Assembly: GCA_035254005.1 (NCBI GenBank)
Contig: DATFBD010000140.1
Coordinates: forward strand, 769 to 64,768
Reading direction: 5' to 3'
DNA length: 64,000 bases
DNA from: Burkholderiaceae bacterium
GTDB taxonomy: Bacteria > Pseudomonadota > Gammaproteobacteria > Burkholderiales > Burkholderiaceae_D
Every line of letters starts with the position of its first letter. Position 1 is the first letter of the stretch. Below the pieces are notes generated by a model. It saw nothing but the letters and a program-made list of their open reading frames with translations. It did not search any database and was not told the DNA's origin. Shown piece by piece: positions 1 to 9,234 of this stretch. Position numbers and translations under genes: made by a program.

Positions 1-1410
1 TTAGCGGCCGCGACCGCCCGAGCGGTGCTGGGCTGCCGAGCGCGATGCGGCGGGACGGCCACCGCCGCCACCACCGCCGCCGCCACCGCCAGCGCCGCGC
101 GGCTTGGCGCCGCCGCCGGTCTTGACGCGGATTACCTGGCCGCCCCCGCCGCCACCGCCACCATTGGCGCCGCGGTTGCCACCGCCGTTGCGCTGGCCGG
201 GATTACGATGACCAGGGCCGCCGCTGCGCAGCTGCACCGGCTGCGGACGGGCGTTCGGGTCCGGCTCGAAGCCGGGGATCACGGCGCGCGGGAGGGTCTG
301 CTTGATGAGCTTTTCGATGTCCTTCAGCATATCGTGCTCGTCCACGCACACCAGCGACACGGCTTCGCCGGTGGCGCCGGCGCGGCCCGTGCGGCCGATG
401 CGGTGCACATAGTCTTCCGGAATGTTGGGCAGGTCATAGTTGACCACGTGCGGCAACTGGTCGATGTCGATGCCGCGCGCGGCGATGTCGGTGGCCACCA
501 GCACTTGCAGCTTGTTGTCCTTGAATTCGGACAGCGCCTTGGTGCGCGCCGACTGGCTCTTGTTGCCGTGGATGGCCATGGCGCCGATGCCGTCGCCGCC
601 GAGTTGCTCGACCAGCTTGTTGGCGCCGTGCTTGGTGCGCGTGAACACCAGCACCTGGTGCCAGTTGTTGCTCTTGATCAGGTGCGCCAGCATCGGGTGC
701 TTCTTGTCGCGGTCGACCGGGTGGATCTTTTGCGCGATCACTTCCACGGTCGAATTGCGGCGCGCCACTTCGATGGTGGCTGGCTTGTTCAGCAGGCCGT
801 CGGCCAGCGCCTTGATCTCGTCCGAGAAGGTGGCCGAGAACAGCAGGTTCTGGCGCTTGGACGGCAGCGCGGCCAGCACCTTGCGGATGTCGCGGATGAA
901 GCCCATGTCGAGCATGCGGTCGGCTTCGTCGAGGATCAGGATTTCGATCTTCGACAGGTCGACCGTGCGCTGCTCCATGTGGTCCAGCAGGCGGCCCGGC
1001 GTGGCGACCAGGATGTCGACGCCATGCTTGAGCTGCTTGATTTGCGGATTGATGCCTACGCCGCCGAAGATCACGGTCGAATTCAGTTTGGTGTATTTGC
1101 CGTACACGCGCACGCTTTCCTCGACCTGGGCCGCCAGTTCGCGGGTGGGGGTCAGGATCAGGGCGCGGATCGGGCGCTGGGACGTGTTGCCGGTCATGGC
1201 CGCGCCGTTGGCGTCAGTCGACAGGCGGTGCAGCACGGGCAGGGTGAAGCCGGCCGTCTTGCCGGTGCCGGTCTGGGCGCCGGCCAGCAGGTCGCCGCCA
1301 TTCAATACGGCAGGGATCGCCTGCGCCTGGATCGGGGTCGGGGTGGTGTAACCCGTTTCGGTTACGGCACGGACGATAGCGTCGGACAAACCGAGTTTGG
1401 AAAAGGACAT
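1..1410 (-). CDS. rhlE: DEAD-box RNA helicase RhlE
   Basis: Q motif [36 protein letters not shown]; Gly/Arg-rich C-terminal tail. Confidence 0.93.
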   Translation of the reverse strand: MSFSKLGLSDAIVRAVTETGYTTPTPIQAQAIPAVLNGGDLLAGAQTGTGKTAGFTLPVLHRLSTDANGAAMTGNTSQRPIRALILTPTRELAAQVEESVRVYGKYTKLNSTVIFGGVGINPQIKQLKHGVDILVATPGRLLDHMEQRTVDLSKIEILILDEADRMLDMGFIRDIRKVLAALPSKRQNLLFSATFSDEIKALADGLLNKPATIEVARRNSTVEVIAQKIHPVDRDKKHPMLAHLIKSNNWHQVLVFTRTKHGANKLVEQLGGDGIGAMAIHGNKSQSARTKALSEFKDNKLQVLVATDIAARGIDIDQLPHVVNYDLPNIPEDYVHRIGRTGRAGATGEAVSLVCVDEHDMLKDIEKLIKQTLPRAVIPGFEPDPNARPQPVQLRSGGPGHRNPGQRNGGGNRGANGGGGGGGGQVIRVKTGGGAKPRGAGGGGGGGGGGGRPAASRSAAQHRSGGRGR

Positions 1411-1558
1411 GGTAGCTTTTTGTTAAGATCGGCCTGTCGCCATCGTTGGCGCCAGTCGCAGGCAATCGGATTAGGTAAGACAGCGGCAGAGGACTGGTCA
1501 GGGCGCCGCAGGCCGGAGTATAACAGCATCCTTTGCCAATTGTTTCGCCACGGAAACG

Positions 1559-1584
1559 AAAAAGGGAGCAAATGCTCCCTTTTT
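1559..1584. terminator. Intrinsic terminator downstream of suhB (possibly bidirectional)
   Basis: AAAAAGGGAGCA-aa-TGCTCCCTTTTT stem with A/T tracts on both sides. Confidence 0.8.
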
Positions 1585-1626
1585 TTTGTAACAAAACTTC
1601 TAATTTTCAGCCGTGGGCCTGTTATC

Positions 1627-2418
1627 TCAGATAAACGGGGTCAGCAGGCCGACCATCTGGCCGAAGATCTTCGGGCTGGCGGCGATGATGTCGCCCTTGT
1701 ACAGGTAGTCCGATTCGCCGCTGAACTCGCCGACGATGCCGCCCGCTTCCGTCACCATCAGCGCACCGGCCGCGATATCCCAGGGCTTCAAGCCTTTTTC
1801 ATAGAAGCCGTCGAGGCGGCCGGCGGCCACGTAGGCCAGGTCCAGCGCGGCGCTGCCGGGGCGGCGCACGCCATGGCAGCGTTCGGCCATGATGCCGTAC
1901 ATCTTCAGGTATTCATCGAGCGCCTTGGCCGAGCCGGCCACGTAGCCGGTCGACAGCAGGGCGTTGGCCAGGCGGTCGAGCTTGGTGACGCGGATACGCT
2001 TGTCGTTCAGGTAGGCGCCGGCGCCCTTGGTGGCCGTGAACAGGTCGTTGCGCACGGGGTCGTAGATCACGGCCTGGGTGATCACGCCGCGCTGGGACAG
2101 GGCGATCGAGATCGAGTACTGCGGGAAGCCGTGCATGAAGTTGGTGGTGCCATCGAGCGGGTCGATGATCCAGGTGTATTCACTCTCGTCGTTGGCGTTC
2201 TTGGATGGGCCCGATTCCTCGGCCAGGAAGGCGTGGTCGGGATAGGCCTTGGACAGCACTTCAATGATGGCCTGTTCGGCGGCCTGGTCGACATCGGTGA
2301 CGAAATCGTTATGTTGTTTCTCGGTCACAGTGACGCGATCGAGGTCGAAGGAGGCGCGGTTGATGACGGCGGCGCCGCGGCGGGCGGCCTTGATCGCCGT
2401 GTTGAGCATTGGGTGCAT
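1627..2418 (-). CDS. suhB: Inositol monophosphatase / Nus factor SuhB
   Basis: [14 protein letters not shown] start, [32 protein letters not shown]; divergent from trmJ as is usual. ATG at 2418 preferred over the ORF-track start. Confidence 0.93.
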   Translation of the reverse strand: MHPMLNTAIKAARRGAAVINRASFDLDRVTVTEKQHNDFVTDVDQAAEQAIIEVLSKAYPDHAFLAEESGPSKNANDESEYTWIIDPLDGTTNFMHGFPQYSISIALSQRGVITQAVIYDPVRNDLFTATKGAGAYLNDKRIRVTKLDRLANALLSTGYVAGSAKALDEYLKMYGIMAERCHGVRRPGSAALDLAYVAAGRLDGFYEKGLKPWDIAAGALMVTEAGGIVGEFSGESDYLYKGDIIAASPKIFGQMVGLLTPFI

Positions 2419-2611
2419 GTAAGCTTTTCCGTTAAAAGAACGCCACTGCCCGCCCGGACCAAGTCGTCCCGGCGGCACAATGGGGTACAAGAATGAATTA
2501 AAGAGCGAAGCGGCGGCGACAGGGTAAAATCCGGGGTTGCAGGCTGCCTCTGGTGGCAAGCTTGCAATATTGAATTTTTTGTATCGAAACCGCGCGATAG
2601 CGCTATTTTAA

Positions 2612-3388
2612 ATGAACCTGCCCGAAATCAACACGACTCTTTTTCACCGGCTGCGATTTATTCTGGTCCAGACCAGCCGGGCGGGCAATATCGGGGCTGT
2701 GGCCAGGGCCATGAAAACCATGGGCTTCAGCGAGCTGGTGCTGGTGTCGCCCCGTTTCGACGGCATGCTGGACGACCCGGAAGCGGTGGCCTTCGCCAGC
2801 GGCGCGCTCGACATCCTGCAGCACGCGCGCGTGGTCGGCAGCATGGCCGAGGCGTTAGAGGGCATCAACTTCGCGGCCGCCGTGTCGGCCCGGCTGCGGG
2901 AATACTCGCCGCCCGTGCTCACCCCGCGCGAACTGGCCGGCCAGCTGGTGGCCAATGGCGAGCTGCGCGCGGCCGTGATTTTCGGCAATGAACGTTTCGG
3001 CCTGCCCAACGAGGTCGTGGCCCAGTGCAATGTGCTGATCAACATCCCCGCCAATCCTGACTATTCGTCGCTCAATTTATCGCAGGCGGCCCAGGTGCTG
3101 GCCTACGAGTGCCGCATGGCCGCGCTCGATGGCCAGCGCGCGGCCACGGAAGTGGGTTTTCAGGGCGAGGCGGCCAGCCTGGCCCAGATCGAAGGCATGT
3201 ACACCCACCTGGAACAGGCGCTGGTGGAGATTGGCTTTCTCGATGCCAGCAACCCGCGCAAGCTGATGCCGCGCCTGAAGCGGCTGTTCTCGCGGGCCGG
3301 GCTGGAAACCGAGGAAGTCAACATCCTGCGCGGCATCGCGCGCCAGATGGCGGCCGTGGCGCAAGGCAAGGACCCGCGCCGGCGCTGA
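2612..3388 (+). CDS. trmJ: tRNA C32/U32 2'-O-methyltransferase, SPOUT family
   Basis: GNIGAVARAMKTMG, FGNERFGL, YSSLNLSQA, EVNILRGI. Confidence 0.9.
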   Translation: MNLPEINTTLFHRLRFILVQTSRAGNIGAVARAMKTMGFSELVLVSPRFDGMLDDPEAVAFASGALDILQHARVVGSMAEALEGINFAAAVSARLREYSPPVLTPRELAGQLVANGELRAAVIFGNERFGLPNEVVAQCNVLINIPANPDYSSLNLSQAAQVLAYECRMAALDGQRAATEVGFQGEAASLAQIEGMYTHLEQALVEIGFLDASNPRKLMPRLKRLFSRAGLETEEVNILRGIARQMAAVAQGKDPRRR

Positions 3389-3398
3389 TCAAGCACAA

Positions 3399-3466
3399 AC
3401 CGGGGTCAGGTCATGCCTTCGCGCAAGATGCGGGCATCTTGCGCGAAGGCATGACCTGACCCCGGT
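3399..3466. repeat. REP-like long palindrome, family A copy 1
   Basis: 33-bp perfect inverted repeat ACCGGGGTCAGGTCATGCCTTCGCGCAAGATGC between convergent genes. Confidence 0.9.
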
Positions 3467-3470
3467 GTTC

Positions 3471-4169
3471 CTACACCACATCAAACGGCGCGCCCGCGCC
3501 GGCGTAGATGTTCTCCATCGCCCGCCGTTCGCGGCCGACGATGGTGGTCACGAATTGCTCGGCCTGCTTCATGCGCTTGAAGGCCGTGAAGCCCCGTTCC
3601 AGGAATTGCTGCAAGTCGCCCAGTCCGGCCAGCCTGGCGGGCCCGCGCATCATGTGCAGCGTGGCGTTCAGGAAGGGGATGCGCACCAGCTCGCACAGGG
3701 ACATGCCCAGCGCCTGCACCAGCGCCAGCTGACGCGTGCGCTCGGGCGCCGTGGTGCGGGCGCGGTAGGCGGCCACGTAATCGTCGAGGTCGAATCGCGT
3801 GCCCAGTTCGCGCGCCATGGCTGTATCCAGCCGCTCCGACAGGGCGTCGAGCACGATCGCTTCCGTGATCGTTTGCAATGCGTTGACGGGCAACAAGCGT
3901 TGCATGGTGGGGATGATGCGTTCCAGGTCCGCATCGCGCTGGCTCAGGTCGTGCGCGCCGTACAGTTCTTCGAGGAAAAACAGCGCGGCCTCGCGCGTAT
4001 TGGGCGCGGCCAGCAGGTCGGCGTGGGTGGCGGCCAGCCGCTGCGACTGGAATTGCTTGAGCGCCGTGCGCGCCGCCAGCAGGGCCGGATCGCGTTGCGC
4101 GCCTTGCCGTTCCGCCTGCACCGCGTGCAGTTGTTCCTGCAGCGTTCGTACCAGATCTTCTTTCTTCAT
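3471..4169 (-). CDS. FFLEELY-motif conserved protein
   Basis: FQSQRLAATHADLL, FFLEELYG, LQQFLERGF motifs. Confidence 0.8.
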   Translation of the reverse strand: MKKEDLVRTLQEQLHAVQAERQGAQRDPALLAARTALKQFQSQRLAATHADLLAAPNTREAALFFLEELYGAHDLSQRDADLERIIPTMQRLLPVNALQTITEAIVLDALSERLDTAMARELGTRFDLDDYVAAYRARTTAPERTRQLALVQALGMSLCELVRIPFLNATLHMMRGPARLAGLGDLQQFLERGFTAFKRMKQAEQFVTTIVGRERRAMENIYAGAGAPFDVV

Positions 4170-4192
4170 GGCACCGTTTTACCAGAACTTGG

Positions 4193-4208
4193 TAGACGCG
4201 GCACTCTA
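4193..4208. promoter_or_regulatory. Candidate operator TAGA-N8-TCTA
   Basis: TAGAcgcggcacTCTA in a divergent promoter; same pattern twice at 24257-24294. Confidence 0.45.
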
Positions 4209-4301
4209 TTTTTCCCTTCAAAATCAAGCTTGCCTTTGACGTACACTAGAAAAATAAGCCATACCCCCACATAAAAAAAGACACCAGAACTGGACGGAGA
4301 C

Positions 4302-4826
4302 ATGACCACTTCCCGCAGATCGTTTTTGAAGATCGGCATCATCGGCGCGGTGACGCTGGCCGCTGGCGGCGCGTTGTATCGCGTCGTGCACGGCCCGGCC
4401 CAGCCGCACGCGTTCGCGCTGGACGACAACGCGCGCGCCGTGTTGACGGCCATCATCCCGTCCATGCTGGGCCCGGTGCTGCCAGACGCGCCGGCCGCGC
4501 GCGCGGCCGCCGTGGCCAACACGGTCGAGCGGGTGGCCGGCGCCGTCCACGGCTTGCCGCTGGCCACCCAGAAGGAAGTGCAGGACCTGTTCGGCCTGCT
4601 GTCGCTGGGACCGGCTCGCCGTTTCCTGGCCGGTGTGCCGGCCAGCTGGAACGAAGCCACGCCGGCCCAGATCGACGCTTTCCTGCAAAGCTGGCAGTAC
4701 CATCGCATCGCCATGCTGGTCACGGCCTACCAGGCCTTGCATGACCTGATTGCCGGTGCCTGGTATTCCGATCCCGCGCACTGGGATGCGATCGGCTATC
4801 CCGGCCCGATCAAGGAATTGAGCTGA
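4302..4826 (+). CDS. Tat-signal accessory subunit, LaoB-like / dehydrogenase subunit 3-like
   Basis: SRRSFLK twin-arginine motif, C-terminal WY...WDAIGYPGP; directly upstream of a GMC oxidoreductase. Confidence 0.75.
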   Translation: MTTSRRSFLKIGIIGAVTLAAGGALYRVVHGPAQPHAFALDDNARAVLTAIIPSMLGPVLPDAPAARAAAVANTVERVAGAVHGLPLATQKEVQDLFGLLSLGPARRFLAGVPASWNEATPAQIDAFLQSWQYHRIAMLVTAYQALHDLIAGAWYSDPAHWDAIGYPGPIKELS

Positions 4827-4854
4827 ACCGCCCGCCATCTTTCTGGAAGCCGCA

Positions 4855-6507
4855 ATGATCAAAACGAATATCCCTCTCACGCCCGCCACGGGCCCGATTC
4901 CCGATCCCATCCAGGCTGGCCTGGCGGCCGGCTGGGACGTCACCGATTGCGCCCAACTGGACGCCGACCGCACGCTGGAGGCGGACGTGGTCATCGTCGG
5001 CAGCGGTGCCGGCGGCGGGGTCACGGCCGAGATCCTGACGCTGGCCGGCCTCAAGGTGCTGATCGTGGAGGAGGGCGCGCTCAAGTCCTCGCGCGACTTC
5101 AAGATGCGCGAGTCGGACGCCTATCCCGCGCTGTACCAGGAGTCGGGCGCGCGCAAGACGCGCGACAAGGGGATCAACATCCTGCAGGGCCGCACCGTGG
5201 GCGGCACCACCGTCGTCAACTGGACCACCAGCTTCCGCACGCCGCCGGGCACGCTCAACTACTGGACCGAGCGCTTCGGCCTCAAGAGCTACACGCCCGA
5301 GGCGCTGGCGCCGTGGTTCGCCATGATGGAGGAACGGCTCAGCATCCACGAGTGGGGCACGGCGCCCAACGCCAACAATGACTTGCTGCGCCAGGGCGCG
5401 GCCAAGCTCGGCATTCCCACCGCCACCATTCACCGCAACGTCAACGGCTGCTGGAACCTCGGTTACTGCGGCATGGGTTGCCCCACCAACGCCAAGCAGT
5501 CGATGCTGGTGACGACCTTGCCGTCGGCGCTCAAGCGCGGCGCCGTGCTGCTCACCCGCCTGCGCGCGGAACGCTTTCAGTTCAAGGGCGATCGGGTCGA
5601 TCAGCTCGATTGCGTGGCGCTCGACACGGCGGGCCTGGCGCCCACCGGCCGCAAGGTGACGCTGCGCGCCAAACACTTCGTGCTGGCCGGCGGCGCCATC
5701 AATTCGCCGGCGCTGCTGATGCGCTCGGCCGCGCCCGACCCGCATGGCCTGCTGGGCAAACGCACCTTCCTGCATCCGACCATCATCTCGGCCGGCCTGT
5801 TCGAGCAGCGCGTCGACGGCTACGCGGGCGCGCCGCAGTCCGTGTACTCGGACCATTTCCTGCACACGGGGCCGATCGATGGCCCGGTCGGCTACAAGCT
5901 GGAGGCGCCGCCGCTGCATCCGCTGCTGCTGTCGTCCACCATGCCCGGCTTCGGCGCCCGCCACGCCGACATGATGCGCCAGTTCCCGCACCTGCAAGGC
6001 ATGCTGGCGCTGCTGCGCGACGGCTTCCATCCCGAATCGGTGGGCGGCACCGTGATGCTCAACAGCGGCGGCGCGCCGGTGCTCGATTACCCGATCACCG
6101 ATTTCATGTGGGATGGCGTGCGCCGTTCGCTGCTCACCATGGCCGAGGTCCAGTTCGCCGCTGGCGCCAAACAGGTCGCGCCGGTGCACGAGCAGGCCGG
6201 GCGCTACAGTACCTGGGAGGCGGCCAGGAAAGCCATCAACAACCTGCCGTACAAGGTGTTGCAGGCCAGGGTGGTGTCGGCCCACGTGATGGGTGGCTGC
6301 ACGCTGTCGGACGACGAGCGGCTGGGCGTGGTCGGTGCCGATGGCCGCTACCATGGCATCAGCAACCTGTCGGTGCATGACGGTTCGTTGTTCCCGACCT
6401 CGATCGGCGCCAATCCGCAGTTGTCGATCTACGGCATCACGGCGCGGCTGGCCAGCGCGCTGGCGCAGCAGATGACGGGCAAGCCGGCGCCGCGCGCCAG
6501 CGCATGA
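4855..6507 (+). CDS. GMC family oxidoreductase, LaoA-like long-chain alcohol oxidase/dehydrogenase
   Basis: VIVGSGAGGG FAD motif, GRTVGGTTVVN, CWNLGYCGMGC, SAHVMGGC, FPTSIGANPQ. Confidence 0.85.
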   Translation: MIKTNIPLTPATGPIPDPIQAGLAAGWDVTDCAQLDADRTLEADVVIVGSGAGGGVTAEILTLAGLKVLIVEEGALKSSRDFKMRESDAYPALYQESGARKTRDKGINILQGRTVGGTTVVNWTTSFRTPPGTLNYWTERFGLKSYTPEALAPWFAMMEERLSIHEWGTAPNANNDLLRQGAAKLGIPTATIHRNVNGCWNLGYCGMGCPTNAKQSMLVTTLPSALKRGAVLLTRLRAERFQFKGDRVDQLDCVALDTAGLAPTGRKVTLRAKHFVLAGGAINSPALLMRSAAPDPHGLLGKRTFLHPTIISAGLFEQRVDGYAGAPQSVYSDHFLHTGPIDGPVGYKLEAPPLHPLLLSSTMPGFGARHADMMRQFPHLQGMLALLRDGFHPESVGGTVMLNSGGAPVLDYPITDFMWDGVRRSLLTMAEVQFAAGAKQVAPVHEQAGRYSTWEAARKAINNLPYKVLQARVVSAHVMGGCTLSDDERLGVVGADGRYHGISNLSVHDGSLFPTSIGANPQLSIYGITARLASALAQQMTGKPAPRASA

Positions 6508-6568
6508 CAAGCCAATCAGCAGCGCAGGGCATGTGAATGGCACGACGGCCCGCGCAACGAGGACCAGC

Positions 6569-7510
6569 ATGTTGAAACGTATCCTGATCGTGTTGTTGCT
6601 GGTACAGGCCGCCGCCGCGCTGGGCCTGGCGCTGGCCGCGCGGCAGGCGTGGGGGCTAGACTGGTGGGCCGCGCTGGCCACCGGCGTGGGCGCCGTGCTG
6701 GCGCTGCGCTTGCTGATCTCGCTGCACAATTTCTACCTGAGCTGGCGCGCCGGCAGCGCCGTGCCGCCCCCGTTCAAGCTGTCGCCGCTGGGCTGGCTGG
6801 GCCTCGTGCTGTATGAATTTCATGCATCTTTGGCCGCTTCTTCCATACACATGCTGCATAGTACGGCGCCCCATGTGGCGCCCGGCGGTGCCCAGCCGCC
6901 GGTGCTGCTGCTGCACGGCTATGCCTGCAACAGCGGCTACTGGACCCAGCTGAGCGCCCGCTTGCGCCAGGCCGGCATCAGCCACCTGGCGCCGGACCTG
7001 GAACCGCTGGGCGCCGACATCGACCATTACGTGGCCCAGGTGCAGGCCAGCATCGAACAATTGTGCGCGGCGGCCGGCGCGCGGCAAGTGGTGATCGTGG
7101 CCCACAGCATGGGCGGGCTGGTGGCGCGCGCCTACCTGCGCCGCCATGGCGGTGCCCGGGTGGCGCGCCTGATCACGTTGGGCACGCCTCATCACGGCAC
7201 GGCGCTGGCCAGCTGGGGCCTGGGCCGCAACGCCGCGCAGATGCGGCACCACAGCGCGTGGCTGCGGGCGCTGGACGCGGCTGACGCAAATTCGCAACGT
7301 GGCCTGATTACTTCCATCTATTCCCATCACGACAACATTGTTGCGCCGCAGGACTCCAGCCAGCTGGCCGGCGCGCGCCACGTGGCGGTGGGCGCCATCG
7401 GCCACGTGGCGCTGGGCCGCCATCCTGCCATCGCGCGCCATGTGCTCGATGAAATCGCCGCCGTTCCGCCTGCGGCGCAGCGCGTGGACAGCCCCGGCCA
7501 GCTTCGATAG
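6569..7510 (+). CDS. Membrane-anchored alpha/beta hydrolase (lipase/esterase)
   Basis: N-terminal hydrophobic helices, LLHGY, AHSMGG nucleophile elbow, LGTPHHGT, D and GH triad residues; ATG at 6569. Confidence 0.82.
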   Translation: MLKRILIVLLLVQAAAALGLALAARQAWGLDWWAALATGVGAVLALRLLISLHNFYLSWRAGSAVPPPFKLSPLGWLGLVLYEFHASLAASSIHMLHSTAPHVAPGGAQPPVLLLHGYACNSGYWTQLSARLRQAGISHLAPDLEPLGADIDHYVAQVQASIEQLCAAAGARQVVIVAHSMGGLVARAYLRRHGGARVARLITLGTPHHGTALASWGLGRNAAQMRHHSAWLRALDAADANSQRGLITSIYSHHDNIVAPQDSSQLAGARHVAVGAIGHVALGRHPAIARHVLDEIAAVPPAAQRVDSPGQLR

Positions 7511-7698
7511 ACTGTTGTTGATGCGTAGGCAAAGTCACACTTGCGCTGGCGGGCCCGAATTGGCGGCCGGCGCGTGATATTTTGTGAGATTTTCGCCTGT
7601 GCGTTGCTGTATGGTTATTCCTAAGCAGCGCGGCACGTACTTACGCAGGCCGCCATGGCCGTCGCAGGCCGCGATTTGATTTCCTCCAAGGCGCGACG

Positions 7699-9216
7699 AT
7701 GGCAACAGACTTCGGTACCTTAATCCTCAACGAAACGCCGGACGCGGTGATCCTGACCTCGCCCGCGGGGGAGGTGTTGTGCTGGACGCCGGGCGCGCAA
7801 GCCGTGTTCGGCTACAGCGCCGAGGAGGCGGCCGGCCATGTGCTGCGCGAGCTGATCGTGCCGGCCGACCGCGTCAGCGAGGAAGCTGCCGTGATGCGGC
7901 AGACGCTGGAAAACGGCGCGGCCACCTACGAAACCGTGCGCCGCGCCAAGGATGGCACGCTGGTCTATATCGACAGTTCCAGCAAGGTGATCCGGGGCGA
8001 GCACGGCGCGGTCCGGTATATTTTGTGGTGCAAGAAGGACGTCACCCACCTCAAGGTGATGCGCGACGCCAAGCTGGTCGAAGCCCGTTTCGGCGGCTTG
8101 CTGGAATCGATGCCGGACGCCATCATCATGGCCAACGCCAGCGGCCGCGTGGTGCTGGCTAACCGCCAGGCCGAAACCATGTTCGGCTATGCCCGCGGCG
8201 AATTGCGCGGCACCTTGCTGGAGGAATTGATGCCGGACCGCTTCCGCGCCGCGCACGTGGGCTACCGCAGCGGTTACTTCACCCAGCCCCAGGTGCGGCC
8301 CATGGGCTCGGGGCGCGACCTGTACGGCTTGCGCAAGGATGGCGAGGAATTCCCCGTCGAGATCAGCCTGAGCCCGGTCGAGACGGAGGAGGGCATGCTG
8401 ATCATGAGCGCCATCCGCGACAGCAGCGAGCGCCGCCATATCGAGCACACCCTGCACGAAAAGAACATCGAACTGGCCAACGCCAACGCGGCCAAGGACC
8501 GTTTTTTGGCCGGCATGTCCCATGAATTGCGCACCCCGCTCAACGCGATCATCGGTTTTACGGGTACTATGCTGATGAAGTTGCCCGGCCCCGTCAACGC
8601 CGAGCAGGAGCGCCAGTTGCGCACCATCCAGGGCAGCGCCCGCCACTTGCTGTCCCTGATCAATGATTTACTGGATTTGACCAAGATCGAATCGGGCAAG
8701 GTGGAGCTCAATTTCCAGCCGCTGCAATGCCGGGCCCTGATCGAGGAGGTGCTGCAGCTGTTCCGCCAGCCGGCCCAGCAAAAGGGCCTGGAGCTGGTGT
8801 TCGACAGCGTGCCGCAGGACGTGGGCCTGATGGCCGACCGGCGCGCGCTGCAGCAGATCCTGATGAACCTGATTAATAACGCGATCAAGTTTACGGTACG
8901 CGGTGAAGTGCGGGTGGGGCTGGCGGTGGCCATGCGCGATGGCGAGGCGCGGGCCGAGATCAGCGTGCGCGACACCGGGCCGGGCATCGCGCCCGGGCAG
9001 CAGGGCAGGCTGTTCCAGGCCTTCGCCCAGCTCGACGCGAACACGGCGCGCGAGCACGAGGGCACCGGCCTGGGCCTGCACCTGAGCCAGAAGCTGGCCG
9101 GCCTGCTGCATGGACAGATCGAATTTGAAAGCGAGTACGGCGTGGGCAGTACGTTCACGCTGGTGTTGCCGCTCGATCGAGGGCGGTGCGACGATGAGCC
9201 CGCATGGGCGAAATGA
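7699..9216 (+). CDS. Cytoplasmic PAS-PAS sensor histidine kinase
   Basis: Two PAS domains, MSHELRTPL H-box, NLINNAIKF, DTGPG, GTGLGL. Confidence 0.92.
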   Translation: MATDFGTLILNETPDAVILTSPAGEVLCWTPGAQAVFGYSAEEAAGHVLRELIVPADRVSEEAAVMRQTLENGAATYETVRRAKDGTLVYIDSSSKVIRGEHGAVRYILWCKKDVTHLKVMRDAKLVEARFGGLLESMPDAIIMANASGRVVLANRQAETMFGYARGELRGTLLEELMPDRFRAAHVGYRSGYFTQPQVRPMGSGRDLYGLRKDGEEFPVEISLSPVETEEGMLIMSAIRDSSERRHIEHTLHEKNIELANANAAKDRFLAGMSHELRTPLNAIIGFTGTMLMKLPGPVNAEQERQLRTIQGSARHLLSLINDLLDLTKIESGKVELNFQPLQCRALIEEVLQLFRQPAQQKGLELVFDSVPQDVGLMADRRALQQILMNLINNAIKFTVRGEVRVGLAVAMRDGEARAEISVRDTGPGIAPGQQGRLFQAFAQLDANTAREHEGTGLGLHLSQKLAGLLHGQIEFESEYGVGSTFTLVLPLDRGRCDDEPAWAK

Positions 9217-9234
9217 TTAACCTGGAGCGCTAAC

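Noticed and set aside
1-210. CCG/CCA-rich repeat
   Set aside because: Encodes the Gly-rich RhlE C-terminal tail
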